Shown in pieces: positions 1 to 14,318 of a DNA stretch of 64,000 bases. Source of the stretch: the human T2T-CHM13v2.0 reference genome, Homo sapiens; the NCBI RefSeq assembly GCF_009914755.1, contig NC_060929.1; one strand, 5' to 3'. A model generated the notes under the pieces. It did no database searches. It saw only the letters and a program-made list of their open reading frames with translations, and had not been told where the DNA came from. The position numbers and the translations under genes are program-made. Numbering within the stretch: position 1 is the first letter of the stretch; each line of letters begins with the position of its first letter.

Positions 1-1214
1 TTTTTTCTTCAAAATGTACTACCAGATAAACTCATACACCTGAGAGAGTTAAAACATCTGTAGACTGTATGGAAGTCTTCCTACAGGTTTCTAGTATGAA
101 CCCTTCCTACAACATACTGAAATTTGATTTTACTCTATTCAGATGTTATCATACAATTCAAAAATAGCTACAGGCCCACAAAATATTTAAAATAAATATT
201 AGATGATTTTTTTTTCTGTTTTTAATAGGATTAACAATGATCATATTATGAAATTATCTTGTGGTACTTCTCAGCCTTGGATGTTGCTAAGTATACTTTC
301 CCTATTTGTGAATGGTGTTTCTGTGCTGGAATTTGCAACTATGGACAAGAAACCAACCTTTTTAAAAGTGAAAGTTTCAAAAGTGCAATGCAAAGTACAA
401 TTATGCTACTGATAAAAACTACTAAAATAGCCAAGAATGCAACATTTGCCATTAAAATTTATGATAATTTTAAATGATTTGCTGTGACATTTATGTTAAA
501 ACTCAACTTTTCTGTGTGGTAATATTTGTGCTTATATTCGTATGTACATGACATCAAACACTGCATAATCCATAGTGTAGTAAGCCATTTTACAAATGAA
601 ATGTATTTATCACAACTATAGTTTTCTAAGTAGGCTTTCATTTACTAATGCAAATAGATTTCACTAACTATATTTATCTCAATGAATGCACATATGGAAG
701 GATTTAGTCTTCATTTGCTTATTTTATTGGCTGGTTTTCTGAGATATTATTACAGATAAATGGATCAGACTTGCAGGATCAACTAATGAAAAATGTGATA
801 AAATTGCATTCAATGAATAAAAATAAATATGTCATTCACAGTGAAAATATTTTTATATTTCTATGAAAGATGTATCTATGTCCTTAATATGCAAAATTAT
901 AAACATGTGTCTTGTCATATTTCAATATTTCATTATATTCCCTGTAGTACTTAGGTTTTATTTTTTTCTGTAGATACTATGCAACTATTCATATCTTTTC
1001 TGATACATATAGAGTAGGTTTTGGTCTTTTATTAAGAGGGAAAAATAGAAGGGTACAACTTATTTCTAAATGTTAAAGCAGATGTTTTATAATTTCTAAT
1101 TTGCATTTTGGATAAGTTATACATAGTAAATGTGACATTTGAATCTAAGCCATAGGTTGTCATACATTTATCAGAAGTTGTTTTGTCCTTTTGTATTGTA
1201 TCAATTATTCTAGG

Positions 1215-1560
1215 CTGGATTATTTTTCAAGATTACCTGCACGACTGACTCTAGTTTAGAGTTTGACATAAAAGACATCTGCATGAGATTTGGAGGCAAG
1301 AGTGAGAAACAAAAACCACTATACCCAGAAGATTGTGGGTTCCAGTTTCACTTTGCAGATTCTAGCTTGCCATAAATTTCATTGTTTTCTGACTTCCCTT
1401 TTTCTATTGTGGGTTTCTGCCCAATTGCGAGAAATGCTGCCCTATAGAAAATTGTTCACTGGCTCTCACAATTGTGTAGGGTATGATCCCTGTAATAAAT
1501 CTTTTATTTAGTATCACTCACAATAATACTGCTCTCCCGACCAAACCTCAATTGAGCTAT
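1215..1560 (+). mobile_element. Old ERVL-type LTR 3' part (LTR41/MLT2-like)
   Basis: 3' end 'cacaattgtgtagggtatgatccctgtaataaatcttttattt..tatcactcacaataatactgctctcccgaccaaacctcaa' resembles the ERVL LTR polyA/U5 end; the 5' boundary is uncertain. Confidence 0.5.
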
Positions 1561-2606
1561 CTGTCCCAATGGAAATATTTCTAAACACCTGCGTCTAAAA
1601 ATATATCCCTTTAATTACACTTATAACTACTGATTTTTTGTAATATCTTTTCTTAAAATCAGGGGAATTCCCAGTGATCACTTCAGCAATCTAAAGTTTA
1701 AAAAATGATTCTCTCATATTTGAAAATGTCTGGTTTTTAATATATTAATGATACCTGAAACCTAGACAAAAAATCAATACGTAGATTACTTTATGAAAGT
1801 ATAATTGTAAAATCATTCACTCTTAAACAGGAAAGGAGTTAAAGAAACATAAATAAGAGTACAAATTCTTCATTTTTCTTATAATTTCTTTTAGAATACT
1901 TTTAAATTATAGGTAATTTTGATTAATTTTAAATACACACGCAGACACAGAGACCAAATGGGTAAACTTTCTGTGTTTTACTATCTAGGTGTATCTTAAT
2001 ATTTTCATCCCCTTACTGCTTCTAAAAATATATATAAACTATTTTTGGTCTTGAGAAAGATACAAATAAGAAAAAAAGAAATTTTGATGTAATGTAGAGT
2101 GAAAGCAAAATGAGTAATAACCAAGTATTTTTAGAGAAGATATTTTACTATCACAGAAAATGGAGTGACACAAGCTCCTAGTAATGTGAATACTCCCAGA
2201 AACCCCTATTTCCACAAGAATGGAATAACGTACTTTTATAATTATGTATTTTAGCTAAAAATAACTGTACTAGCTAATTCTGAGGAGTGCATCTAAGTAG
2301 CTTGTTCAAAAATATTTTAAAATATTTTAATTTATACATTTGAATTTTATCCTCAAACAAGCAAAATAAAATATTCATTTTGGGTTTTCTTCGTTTTCTT
2401 TATTCTAGTGATGAATCTGATTAGAATGTTCCATGATCTTTTATGTTATTGCATTTTTACTTAATGATAGGTCCCAATTTTGGGTGAATTATTGACAAAA
2501 GATACAATAAATTCAAGATATAAGATGAGGCAAGTCCAAATCAAGTATATCAGATGCATCCAATTAAATTTTTAAATAGTTAGATGGCTTCATTTGTTTC
2601 AAGTAA

Positions 2607-2967
2607 TGTATTAGTCTGTTTTCATGCTGCTGAAAAAGACATACTGAGACTGGGTATTTTATAAAGAAAAACATGTTTAATGGACTCACAGTTTCACGTG
2701 GCTGGGGAGACCTCACAATTATAGCAGAAAGCAAAAGGCGCATCTTACATGGTGGCAGGCAAGAGAGAATGAGAGCCAAACAAAAGGGGCTTCCCCTTTT
2801 AAAACTATTAGCTCTCATGAGACTTATTCAGTGCCATGAGAAGAGTACGGGGGAAACCATTCCCATGTTTCAATTATCTCCCACTGGGTCCCTCCCACAA
2901 CATGTGGGGATTATGGGAGCGACAATTCAAGATGAGATTTGGGTGGAGACACAGCCAAACCATATCC
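2607..2967 (-). mobile_element. THE1B-like MaLR solo LTR
   Basis: Runs 'tgtattagtctgttttcatgctgct...gagatttgggtggagacacagccaaaccatatc'; 5-bp TSD AGTAA at 2602-2606 and 2968-2972. Confidence 0.95.
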
Positions 2968-3392
2968 AGTAACATCTGTGATTAGTTTGTATCATGTGGT
3001 GAAATACAATGGGAAAAGAAGTTATGTTCTCCACAACATGTCTATATGTGGGTGTATGGGCTCCTTTTTAATGTATTTTTTGGATATATATAACACATCG
3101 ATGCATGAATGCATACAAATTTCACAAATAAAATATATGCCTATATCTTTCAGATGTACTTGTTCATATATATATACATACATGCATATATATTCTCTCA
3201 CACATATATGTCTATACTATGAGTATTTCATATTCATGTATGTGTCTATGTAGAGAAAAACAAGAAAGCAAAAACTTCTGTTCTTACTAGTCAAACTTCA
3301 AAAAATAAGCTTTTTCCAAAGATTTTATAAAAGATCTGTATGAATGCAACATTTAGAAGATAAAGATGACATTAAAATGATTACTATAGACT

Positions 3393-3698
<306 letters not shown>

Positions 3699-5108
3699 TC
3701 ATGTTCTAATAAATTTGAAAATTATTCAAGCTAAGGATTCTAACTGTACATTGCTTTCAGAATAGTTGCAGAGAAATCATATTTTTAACACAAAAATAGT
3801 AATATTATCAAAAGTATTACTTCCATATCTTAACCATCAGCTGAACATGCATAATCTACCATGATGTTTCCTTTCAGTTTAACAATGCAGTGGGTTAATG
3901 TCATATCTTCTTCAGCAATCCTTGGCTTGCTAAGTGATTTCTGGGTTGCACACCGTTATCAAAAAGTTGATTCTAATTAAATAACTATTTATAGATTGAA
4001 AAATCAGCAACGAGTAGTGACATGCAGTTGTCATTGATGATAGACAAACTTGGTAAATGTATCAGTGATTGAGAATCATAAATTTGTGATGATTTGTTCA
4101 CACTTCTGATTTAGGTTTCAGAAAATAATTAAAATGCCATGGAACATTTCAATATTACTCTCCATGAGCTGAAAGATTGTAGGGGTGCATTCATTAGTCA
4201 AAGGTCAAAGATAAAACACGTATCTGAAGGTTTGGGAATTGCCTTGTTATATATTTACACAAGACTTTAGATGAAACAATGGATATTATATATTAAAACA
4301 TCTTATTAAATAAAACTTTATTTAACTGTAATAACATAGAAATGCTTTCTAATAACTATTTTCTGAGAAAGTTGTATATCTGCTAGAACCTGGACAAGAA
4401 ATAACCCAATTGGCGCTGAGAGCATACATGGGTTTCTTATGTAACATCTTCCCTAATTATACTCTTGTCTTTTCAATCCATCAGATATGATGTGTTGGTG
4501 AGCACAAAATTAAAATTAAAAAAAGACGGAAACTCAGACATTTTTTCAAGTCAATTATATTGCTTCAGTTTCATTTTCAGAACCAATTTTTCAGAAAAAG
4601 CTTCATTCAAGAAATACTACAAATCGAAGAGTGCATGAAAAAGCATTAGGAAAAAATAAAATCAATCATTTTAATATGCTCCATAAATTTAGAAAAAATA
4701 TTTTAAAGCAGTGCCCTAAGCTTTTCTTGATGAATCTTCAATTATAAGCACCAGTGCTTCTCTTTATAAAGCATCAAGCATGAGCATCATTACCAACATG
4801 ATCTTCAAGTCTGGGGTTAAATAATAAATATGTCCTTGTCTTGATTAGTTACAACTAAAAAAGAAAAGAGGAAGAAAAAAAGGATTTTATGGTTATATCA
4901 CTATCATCATCAATACTCACTTCATAGGAAAGTGAGTCTCTTTAGAGAGTAAACATTGTTGTCATTCACCAATCTGATCATTCTTCAGGGTACCCCAAGG
5001 AATATATTTCCTGTTACTTGAAATTAGGTAGGGCCATATGGGGTTCTAGTTAGTATGTTATGAGGGAAGTGATGTACGTCATTGCTGTGCTGAAACTTTA
5101 ACTGATGG

Positions 5109-5560
5109 TGTGAGAGATTGTCTTTGAAGATGACCAGACAATAAAACCTCTCTCGTTTATATGCACATGCCACTCCTCTCATCCAGAAGTAGATGCTACC
5201 TATTTTCCTTCGACTTGAATTTGGGTGGTCGTATGACTTTTTTTTCCCGATACAACGTAACAAAAGTGCAGCAAAAGTGAGCCTGTGTCTGTGTGACTCA
5301 CCTGCAAAAGCCTTAGGTATTTCCATTATTTTATTCTGTTGTAAGCCAGATATCATCTAAGGACACTCAGGTCAGACTATTTAATGTTGAACAATCATGG
5401 ATGGAGAGAGTGAATTTCAGCCCTCTAGTCATTCCTGCAGAGGCTTCAGACATGTAGATGAGGCCATCTTAGACCTGCCAACCCATGCATTCCCTAACTC
5501 AATGCACTTTTGAACTGCAAGCATAAATGGACCATGGCAAAAGCAGCAGAAAACTGTAAA
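5109..5560 (+). mobile_element. MLT1G/H-like MaLR LTR (degraded)
   Basis: Motifs 'ccactcctctcatccagaag..cttgaatttgggtggtcgtatgact' and 'cagacatgtagatgaggccatcttagac'. Confidence 0.65.
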
Positions 5561-5574
5561 ATGTACAATGCGTT

Positions 5575-5737
5575 TTGCATCACAATTACCTGGATCATGA
5601 TTGAAACATACATCACTGGTCCCTACCTCCAGAATTTCAGATTCTTTAGATCTGGAAAGAAGCCAGACATTTTTGTTTCTAACATGTTACAACATCAGAT
5701 ACCACTGATCCATAGGTCACCCTTTAAGAGTCACTAA
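5575..5737. mobile_element. MER5-like hAT-Charlie DNA transposon relic
   Basis: 'gcatcacaattacctgg..ctggtccctacctccagaatttcagattc..tttctaacatgtt..ccctttaagagtcact' matches the MER5 core. Confidence 0.7.
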
Positions 5738-5996
5738 CTCAATTTATATTGTTAAAATTTATTATTTCAAATGTGCAGAATAGCTATAATAAGAGCAGTT
5801 AAAATGACACTTTAAAATGAGAATAAACGTTGTTTCTGGCAAATAATGTCAAATTTTTAGATTTCCAGTAACATTGTTAATAGCACTATAATAAAAATAT
5901 ATTTTGTTAAAATTGTACATGTATTTACTACCCCAGGGGTTTACTTTATCACAATGATATTTGTCTTTGTCAAAATGTTAACTTTTAACATGGGGC

Positions 5997-6851
<855 letters not shown>

Positions 6852-7199
6852 ATGGAGATCCAGAATTTGGCAAAATGTTCATATGGTACAAATGTAAAAA
6901 TAATGGAATAATAAATAATAGAAAACTATAAATTTTTTAAAAGAACAATTGTGCTCTTATTTCATTAAGATAAATTTTTACACCATTAGAATAAAGGAAA
7001 TTCATTTTAAGAAATAAGTTTAACATTTAAAAAATATAATTTTCACAGAGTATGTGGCTGTTTTGTTAACATATGCCAGTATATCTATATTGGTGCATAT
7101 CTTTAAAGTAATAATTGGTATATGAATACATACTTATGTACCTTCTTCTGGTAAAGGTTTGCATTGTTTTTCAAATGATGGTAAGCCTTTGAGTTCACT

Positions 7200-7860
7200 T
7201 CCTATTAGTACACATATCCATTATTCTTTTAATTACCATGTCATATTTAATTATCTGAAAGTACTATAATTAAACTCCACTCTTATTGATAGACAATTGT
7301 TTCCAGCATTGCCGGTCTATATGGTTTTGTGCCCAAACAAGCATATCTTTCTAGGATAAATGCTTAAAAGTGGAAATTCTGTGAAAAACAGGAAGTACAT
7401 TTTTCATTTGGAAGACATTGCCAAATGTCCGGTAAGGATATTTTATACAATATGCCCTATAATTCAATAACATATAAAAGCAATCTTTCTATACCTTTGT
7501 CAATATTGTGAATTTTACAAGTATTTTGTACTTCACAAAACTGATTACTAAAAATTCCATCTCATTTAAGTTTAATAAGTGTTTATTTTATTATTAGTGT
7601 GTTTGGTCAGATTTCAGCAGGGTTTAAGCTTGTTATACTTCTTATTTTGCAAACTATCATATACTTACTTTACTCTTTTCTATTTTCTTCACTAGGTTGT
7701 TGATCTTTTCTACTTGATTCATAAGAATCTTTTAAAACATTTTATCTGAAATAGCTATTGCAATATTTTTCCAGTATTTTTTGATATTGTTTTATGCTGT
7801 TTCTCAACCCATCTGCCAAGCAGACATTTTAAAACTATATGCAGTTAAATTGTTCAAAAT
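7200..7860 (-). mobile_element. Old L1 (L1M/L1ME-like) 3' fragment
   Basis: Antisense L1 motifs 'ttctaggataaatgcttaaaagtggaaatt', 'acattgccaaat', 'ttgcaatatttttcc'. Confidence 0.55.
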
Positions 7861-7899
7861 AGCAGTGGTGCACTGAATACTTACTCCAAATTGCAGCTC

Positions 7900-8317
7900 T
7901 GCTATGGGAGTGTGCTAGATAAGGAGATGTACTTCCCACATCTCCTTCAGTGAAAGACTTGGCTACCCATGTAAATGTGGGTAGGATGATCAGCAGGCAG
8001 CCTCCAGACGTCTGCCAGCTTCTTCAGGTTCTGGCTCAGTTGCAAAGAGTCATCTTGTCTAAAGTCATTCTCTTCCCAGAGTAGCTCACAACCAGTGACT
8101 GAGTGAGGCAGAAATATAAATGTCTACTTCTCCTGATACAGCATAACTCTGACATGCTCCAGAGCTCCTGCTGGGTAGGCTGAGGATTTATCAAACTCAC
8201 CTTCAGTCCGACTTCTTTCTTTGCCCAACCTGTATCCTATTCTTTTCATGAGTGTAATACACTCTTGCACTCTAAACTTTATGCCAATATCCACTTCACA
8301 GATATCCAACCTGCGAT
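7900..8317 (+). mobile_element. LTR16-like ERVL LTR
   Basis: 'caaccagtgactgagtgaggcagaaatataaa', 'ccagagctcctgctgggtaggctgagg', terminal 'ccaacctgcgata'. Confidence 0.7.
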
Positions 8318-8504
8318 ATGTGGCAGTTCTTAATAATAACACCTTAGATTGTAGCCTCCAGCTATTTAAGCAGAAAGAAAATTCTTTTAAACACCTGCTG
8401 GAGGTTATAACCTAAGCTATTATGATTAAGAACTGCCACATATCACAGATTGGGTTCTTGTGAAGTGGATATTGACACAAAGTTTGGAATGCAAGAGTGT
8501 ATTA
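8255..8504. repeat. 108-bp inverted repeat with 34-bp spacer
   Basis: 8255-8362 vs reverse complement of 8397-8504: 92/108 identical, ungapped, by manual count. Confidence 0.95.
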
Positions 8505-8611
8505 ACCCATTTAAGCCATGTAGTTTGAGATGTATTTTTAAGGCAGCCCTAGCAAATGAATACGACTGCCAATTGTCTTGATATGGGCTTTTCTTTTTGT
8601 CTTTCTTCCAT

Positions 8612-8670
8612 TGTCTGTCTGTCTGTCTATCTGTCTGTCTCTCTCTCTGTCTCTCTCTCTCTCTCTCCCT
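8612..8670. repeat. (TCTG)n/(TC)n compound microsatellite
   Basis: Directly visible. Confidence 0.9.
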
Positions 8671-9334
8671 CTTGCTTTCTCTATTTGGAATTAACAGAAT
8701 TTACTTTATTCACAGATGCATCCAATTTGTCAATTCTGAACAAAGTTCAGTGACTGCCTTATTAAGCAGTTATCATTATTTTCTCTATTTCTTTTTGAAC
8801 TCTAATTAGAAGTGTGGATTCTGCTCACCCCTCTAGCCTTTATTTCATAATTTCATTTTTTAAAATATTTTTCAATTTTTAATTCTCTGTGTGCCACATT
8901 CTATGGAATGTCTTTAAATGTTTTCCATTTTTAAATTTGCTTTTCTTTGCCAAATTTATGATTTTATTTTAGTACAAATATGTTTCATTTCAGAATATAA
9001 TTTGTGTCATTTTATATCTGTTTAATTATTTTAATTGTCTTTTAGTTTTTCTTGTATATTTAATTCTCCCATTTATATTTTGAAACATCTTTAAATAGAA
9101 CATATTAATTTTTATAACATTTGTCTGATATATTCTATTCATTTCTGTGGAGACAGTAATTCTAGGATTGTTCAGTCTACCTTTTCATTTGCACCATCTT
9201 CTCTACAATCATTATAACAGTTTGCTTTTTTGTACTTGCTTTGTGGAGTAATGCGCAAAAGACAAAATCAGAATGGAAATGGGGGAAGAATGCAAGTGCA
9301 GAGAAGGCCGATCCAGGAAGAAAGCGGATCAAAT

Positions 9335-9446
9335 AGCAGAAATAAAATTCTTATTAAACCCCTGCTGGAGGTTACTACCTAAGCTGTTATGGTTAAGAAC
9401 TGCCACCTATCACAGGTTGGTTTCTTGTGTAGTGCATATTGACACA
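9335..9446 (+). repeat. Third copy: direct repeat of 8369-8478
   Basis: 'agcagaaataaaattcttattaaacccctgctggagg..ttaagaactgccacctatcacagg..atattgacaca' aligns with 8369-8478. Confidence 0.9.
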
Positions 9447-9964
9447 TTAAGAACAATTAATGAAATGAAATGAAACGAAGAGGAATTTTTAGAACTAGCA
9501 TGCTGGAAAAGCTATGTTAATCTCTTGTTTCCCTATAAGTTTAGAAAAATTAACTTTAAGTATTGTGAGTGCCAAAAAAATGAAATTGTAGCTGAACTAT
9601 ATACAATGAGAACAAGGAGCACAATATTTGTATAAAAGCGCTCAATACAGACATGTGCAGAAAAGGAATGAAAAACATAACCCAACATTTCAAAATGAGT
9701 AAAACACAAGAAGAAAGACCTGATATTTCAGACAGTGATGGAAGCAACATATGATGTAGTTTCCCTGCTCCCCTCATACACAAAAAAAACCTTAATTTTT
9801 TTCATTTTGATATAACTTTTAATTTGCAGCCATGCCACAGGAATTCACCCAGCAAAATCTAAACTCAGAATATTTAAGTCTCTCAAGTAAAACAGATTAC
9901 AAGGATGCTAAAAAAAAAATCGTAAGGAAAGAAAAAGACACACAGAGAGAAAGAAACAAAAATG

Positions 9965-10135
9965 GGAAAATGTAGACTAAAGAAAATTCAGACATTTATC
10001 AACCAACGAAAATGACCGGGTGTGTTTGGATGTTGATTCAAACACACTGTTATTAATATTTGTGTAATGGCAATTGGAGATTAGAATATTTACTGGATAT
10101 TGGATAATATTAAGTAATTATTTACAGTATGATAA
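9965..10135 (+). mobile_element. L1ME/L1MC 3' UTR fragment
   Basis: 'agacatttatcaaccaa..tttggatgttgattcaaac..actggatattggataatattaagtaatta'. Confidence 0.5.
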
Positions 10136-10599
10136 AAAGAGCACATCTCTTTCTGGGTCCTGCTAAAATTTTATCTTGCTCACTCCACTCTAATATCGGA
10201 GTAGCAGCTATAGGAGGATATTGACATAGAAAACTTTTTTATGTGCTGGTAATTTTTAAAACGGTTTATGGCTATATTAGAAATACTTTAAAAATAAAAC
10301 AAATCATAAAAGCAAACAACACAAATAAAGTGAAGAGAAAAAGCAGTTTATTGATTTTGAATGAGTACAACATTGATTTCTTCCCATATGCTTAATGATT
10401 TTAAAGGATGAAAGTCTGACACTTAAAAGTGTATTTTTTATATTGATTCTGTTTTGTTTTGTTTTCCCCTTCATTTGTGTTCAAAGATGTGAATTTATCA
10501 CCTTGTATTGAGAAAGTATATGTAAAGAATGCCAGTTATAAAAATCAATTATTCAAATGATCACTCTGAATCTTTTCTATTTTACTTGGCGTCTTCCAC

Positions 10600-10870
10600 T
10601 TTAGAGAAAGAGCCTTAGACTGTGGATCTGGAATCATTATCCACTTTCTCAGCATGGGAGTAGTTGAAGTCATTTAACATCTCTGAAACTTTTACCTCAT
10701 CTGTAAAATAGAGATAAAAATACTTGCTTTTTTCATCTTACAAATATGCTTAATATATATTTTGTACTTTGTGATGGATAATTTAATATCAAGGTATAAT
10801 TATGTCTAGTATGAAAAAGTAGACATGTGGTACCAACAGTATAGTTCCTGGGAATAAATGGAACAGTTAG
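10600..10870 (+). mobile_element. MIR SINE relic
   Basis: MIR core 'aagtcatttaacatctctgaaacttttacctcatctgtaaaatagagataa'. Confidence 0.75.
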
Positions 10871-13800
10871 AACCTGTGAGTAACTAAAATTAGACTGGAT
10901 AATTGACTGGAAAAAGATATACAAGGAGCAGGAAGCTAGGGGATACAAGGGTTTCTTTCAAATGGACACATTTATAACTTTTCAAATAGAACTGATATTG
11001 AAGGACATTAAATTCATTTATAGATCTAAAAATAAAAAGTAAAATAAGGTATTAATATAAATAGATAACATAATGCAAAATATTAAAATTGATTTTAAAT
11101 TAATATTAATCTGATATTTACTTAATATTAATGCAGTTTAGATTCAGAATTAATGTTTAAATTACTATTCAAACTAATATAATTCTGGTAATTTTGAACA
11201 AATTATGTTGTTACAATATGTCATAGTGTTTGCCACAGTACTTCACTATAATTGTATCAGGAACATAGACCTGTGTTTTCAGTCAGATTATAGTATATAT
11301 AATGTAATCATCAACACTACCAGTTATTCAATAGAACAAACATAATATACAACATATAATCTCTTCAGAATTTCATGACTTTTTACTTTATTATTTAGTT
11401 TAGCCTACATATATTTGCTTCAAAGTTTCAATATTTAGAATTAGAGATAATCCATAAATCCAAAATAACTAAATTTAGATATTTAAGCAGCATTTACAAT
11501 AAAAATTATAATGCCATTATAATATTTAAACAAAATAATCAGTTTAAAATATGAAGTTGACAAATTTGAATGTAAGGCATTCTCAGAAAGGAGATCTTTG
11601 AAAATAAAGAGTACATGAGGATTAGCATAGAAGACTGTAAAAGTCTCATAATGCATCACATTTTAAAACCTAATATGAGGAAAGTATTGCCATTTATTCT
11701 CTTAAATGTAATAAAAATAAATACAACTTCCACCTTGTCTACAGAAAATTTGGAGGTTTTGTAGCTTAGATCTGAATGTATAAAATTGCAGGAAATAAAT
11801 GTTTATCAAAGGTTTCCCAACTAAGATATGTGGTGTTTTTCTTACTTACATACCCACAGACTTCCGTACTCTTCAGTTACCATCAAACTTCAACAATGTG
11901 GGGATTCCACACTATTTCTTACTCACAGTTACTTAGACAAGATAACTTCTCCTATTTGATAAGTAAGTTTCTAATATTTAGAAAACTCTTTCTTTTGATT
12001 TGACTTTCTTTTCCCACCAATGATAAAATAAAATTTTTAAAAGGCAGATTAAAAATATTTTTCTGTACTATTTCTTAAATAAAAATTCTTCAGTTTGTCA
12101 TTAAAAGCAAAAAAAAAAGTTGTTTGATTTAATCATTGGGCAGGTAATGTTACCTTCATGAGTGTCTTTTCCTGTGCTGGAAAGTGTAAGCAACTCTGAA
12201 ACGTGAGCTCTGAAGGAAGCTAGAAAGCTCTTTTGTCTGAATAAAACATCAGTGAGCACCTTTGGCAGCTCATGCTTAGGAAAATCTTCTTTTCTTTGAT
12301 TATCTTCCCATAGTCCACAATTCTACCAGCGAAGTAATCTCCGCTTTCTAGTACCTATGACAGATACAAGCTTTGTTAAGCACATTTGTCCTAGTGTACT
12401 GCAGCCTACAATTAGAAAGAGGAATTGGAGAATATGTCAGAGGAAAAATCACAATCAAAACTCATTTTCTAACACGTAATTAGAGCCAAAACATGACTAC
12501 ATTCCAGATTTCCTAAAATCCTATCCCAAATTAGAATGTTTTTAAATGTCAAAGTTTCACTCAAATGTTTTCCCAATTACGCCATTTTTTGATACACCTT
12601 CACTAATACTCTTTAATGAGATACGAAGAATTCTTTGAAGATCAGCATTAAAGCATTAAATTGAAGAAGGAAAAAAAAACTTTTGAAGTTTTGCACATAT
12701 CTGTCATCTTATTTACTATCAGTCATTGCTAGGTCTATGCTTCTGAGTATAAGAAAATGTTTCTCTTCATTAAGAGGAGGTTGTCCTTTAATGAGTACTA
12801 ATGATTCCACTTTGAAACTAATAGGAAATCCTGAATATATAAACTTATTGACATTAAAAATCAGCAATACTAATACTAACATCAAAGTAATGATATTGTT
12901 TAATATATTAATTAAGCAAAATGTAAACAAATTGGCATTCCAGTTATTACCTCATCAAGGTAATTTTTTAAAGTAAGAAAGCAACTTAATTTCATGTGTA
13001 TTTAATAACTTTAGGTGAGGTAACTTTTACATATAAGTGATTTTTGCAATGATTTGAATATATCTAGATCTATCTACATTTATATATTTATAGAGAGATA
13101 TAGATATATACATCAGTTTTTCAATTAAAGAGGATATTTAAATGGTTAAATGTAGAAAACAATTGCTCACAATAAAGATTTATGCATTTACTGATTACTA
13201 CATTTTAATTAAACTGAGCATAATTTATTTAGCACTAGGCATTGCAACATAGCTTACAGCATAAAAGAACAAATAAATATTAATATGTAGCTTGAGAATA
13301 AAATATTCCATTCCAAAAAAAAGAGAGAGAAAAAATATCCCAGCACAGTGTTTATAGGTAAAAAATTAAAAGAGATAATAAAAAATTGGTGAATAGACAC
13401 ATACGTAGATTGGTGAATATTTAGAGATGTAAATGTAGACATTTATAGAAATACAGATAAATAAAAATATAAGTATGTAATAGAGAGTTGTAAAGAGATA
13501 GTCACACACATACAGATTCTTACATCTTATAAGAATCCTATTCCATTATTTTTAAACAGGTTTGTTGAGATATAATTTATATACTGTATAATTTCTGTAT
13601 ATAAAGTATACATTAATGGTTGACAGTTTATTAATGAATATGTGAAATTATTCCAGTAATCAATTTTAAAACATTTCCATCATTCAAAAACAAACAGCTG
13701 TAACATTCAGCTGTCACCTCCTTCAAGACACTTCTGCCCAGATCTAATCATTAATCTACTTTCTGTATATATAGATTTCCCACTTCTGAACTTTCATATG

Positions 13801-14042
13801 AATGGAATCATACAGTATGTAAAACTTTTGTTACTAGCTTATTTCACCTAGTGTAATGATTTCAAGATTCATCCATGTTATAGCATGTATCAGCACTTCA
13901 TTCTTTTTTTATGTTTGAATTATATTCCATTAAATGGATACATCACATTTTGTTTATCTATTTCTCCATTGACAGTCATTTGGTTGGCTTCCACATTTAA
14001 AAAAAATTGTGGATATATAGTAAGTGTTTTTATTTCCACATT

Positions 14043-14210
14043 AAAAAATGTTGTGGTTTATAGTAGGTATAAATATTTATGTGCCATATGAGATATTTTG
14101 ATACAGGCATGCAATATGTCATGAAAAATTGGGTATCCAGCTCCTCAAGCATTTATTCTTTGTGTTACAAACAATCTAATTATACTTTTAGTTATTTTTA
14201 AATGTACAAT
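14043..14210 (-). mobile_element. L1MA1-3-like 3' terminal fragment (partner of the U6 chimera)
   Basis: Its reverse complement aligns with the L1MA 3' end in this window at ~60250-60430 ('aaaataactaaaag..ataaatgcttgagg..tggatacc'). Confidence 0.9.
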
Positions 14211-14318
14211 AAAAATATAGAATGCTTCATGAATTGCCTGTCATCCTTGCACAGGGGCTATACTAATCTTCTCTGTGTCATTACAATTTTTGTGTATGTG
14301 TGTTGCCAAAGCAAGCAA
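14211..14318 (-). pseudogene. Full-length U6 snRNA retropseudogene (RNU6 pseudogene type)
   Basis: Plus-strand 'aaaaatatagaatgcttcatgaattgcctgtcatccttgcacaggggctatactaatcttctctgtgtcattacaatttttgtgtatgtgtgttgccaaagcaagca' is the reverse complement of U6 over its whole length, with CpG decay; flanks are L1, not a U6 promoter. Confidence 0.95.

Noticed and set aside
14211-14318. Possible functional U6 gene
   Set aside because: Many substitutions and small indels; the upstream flank is L1 with no evident PSE/TATA promoter; fused to an L1 3' end.
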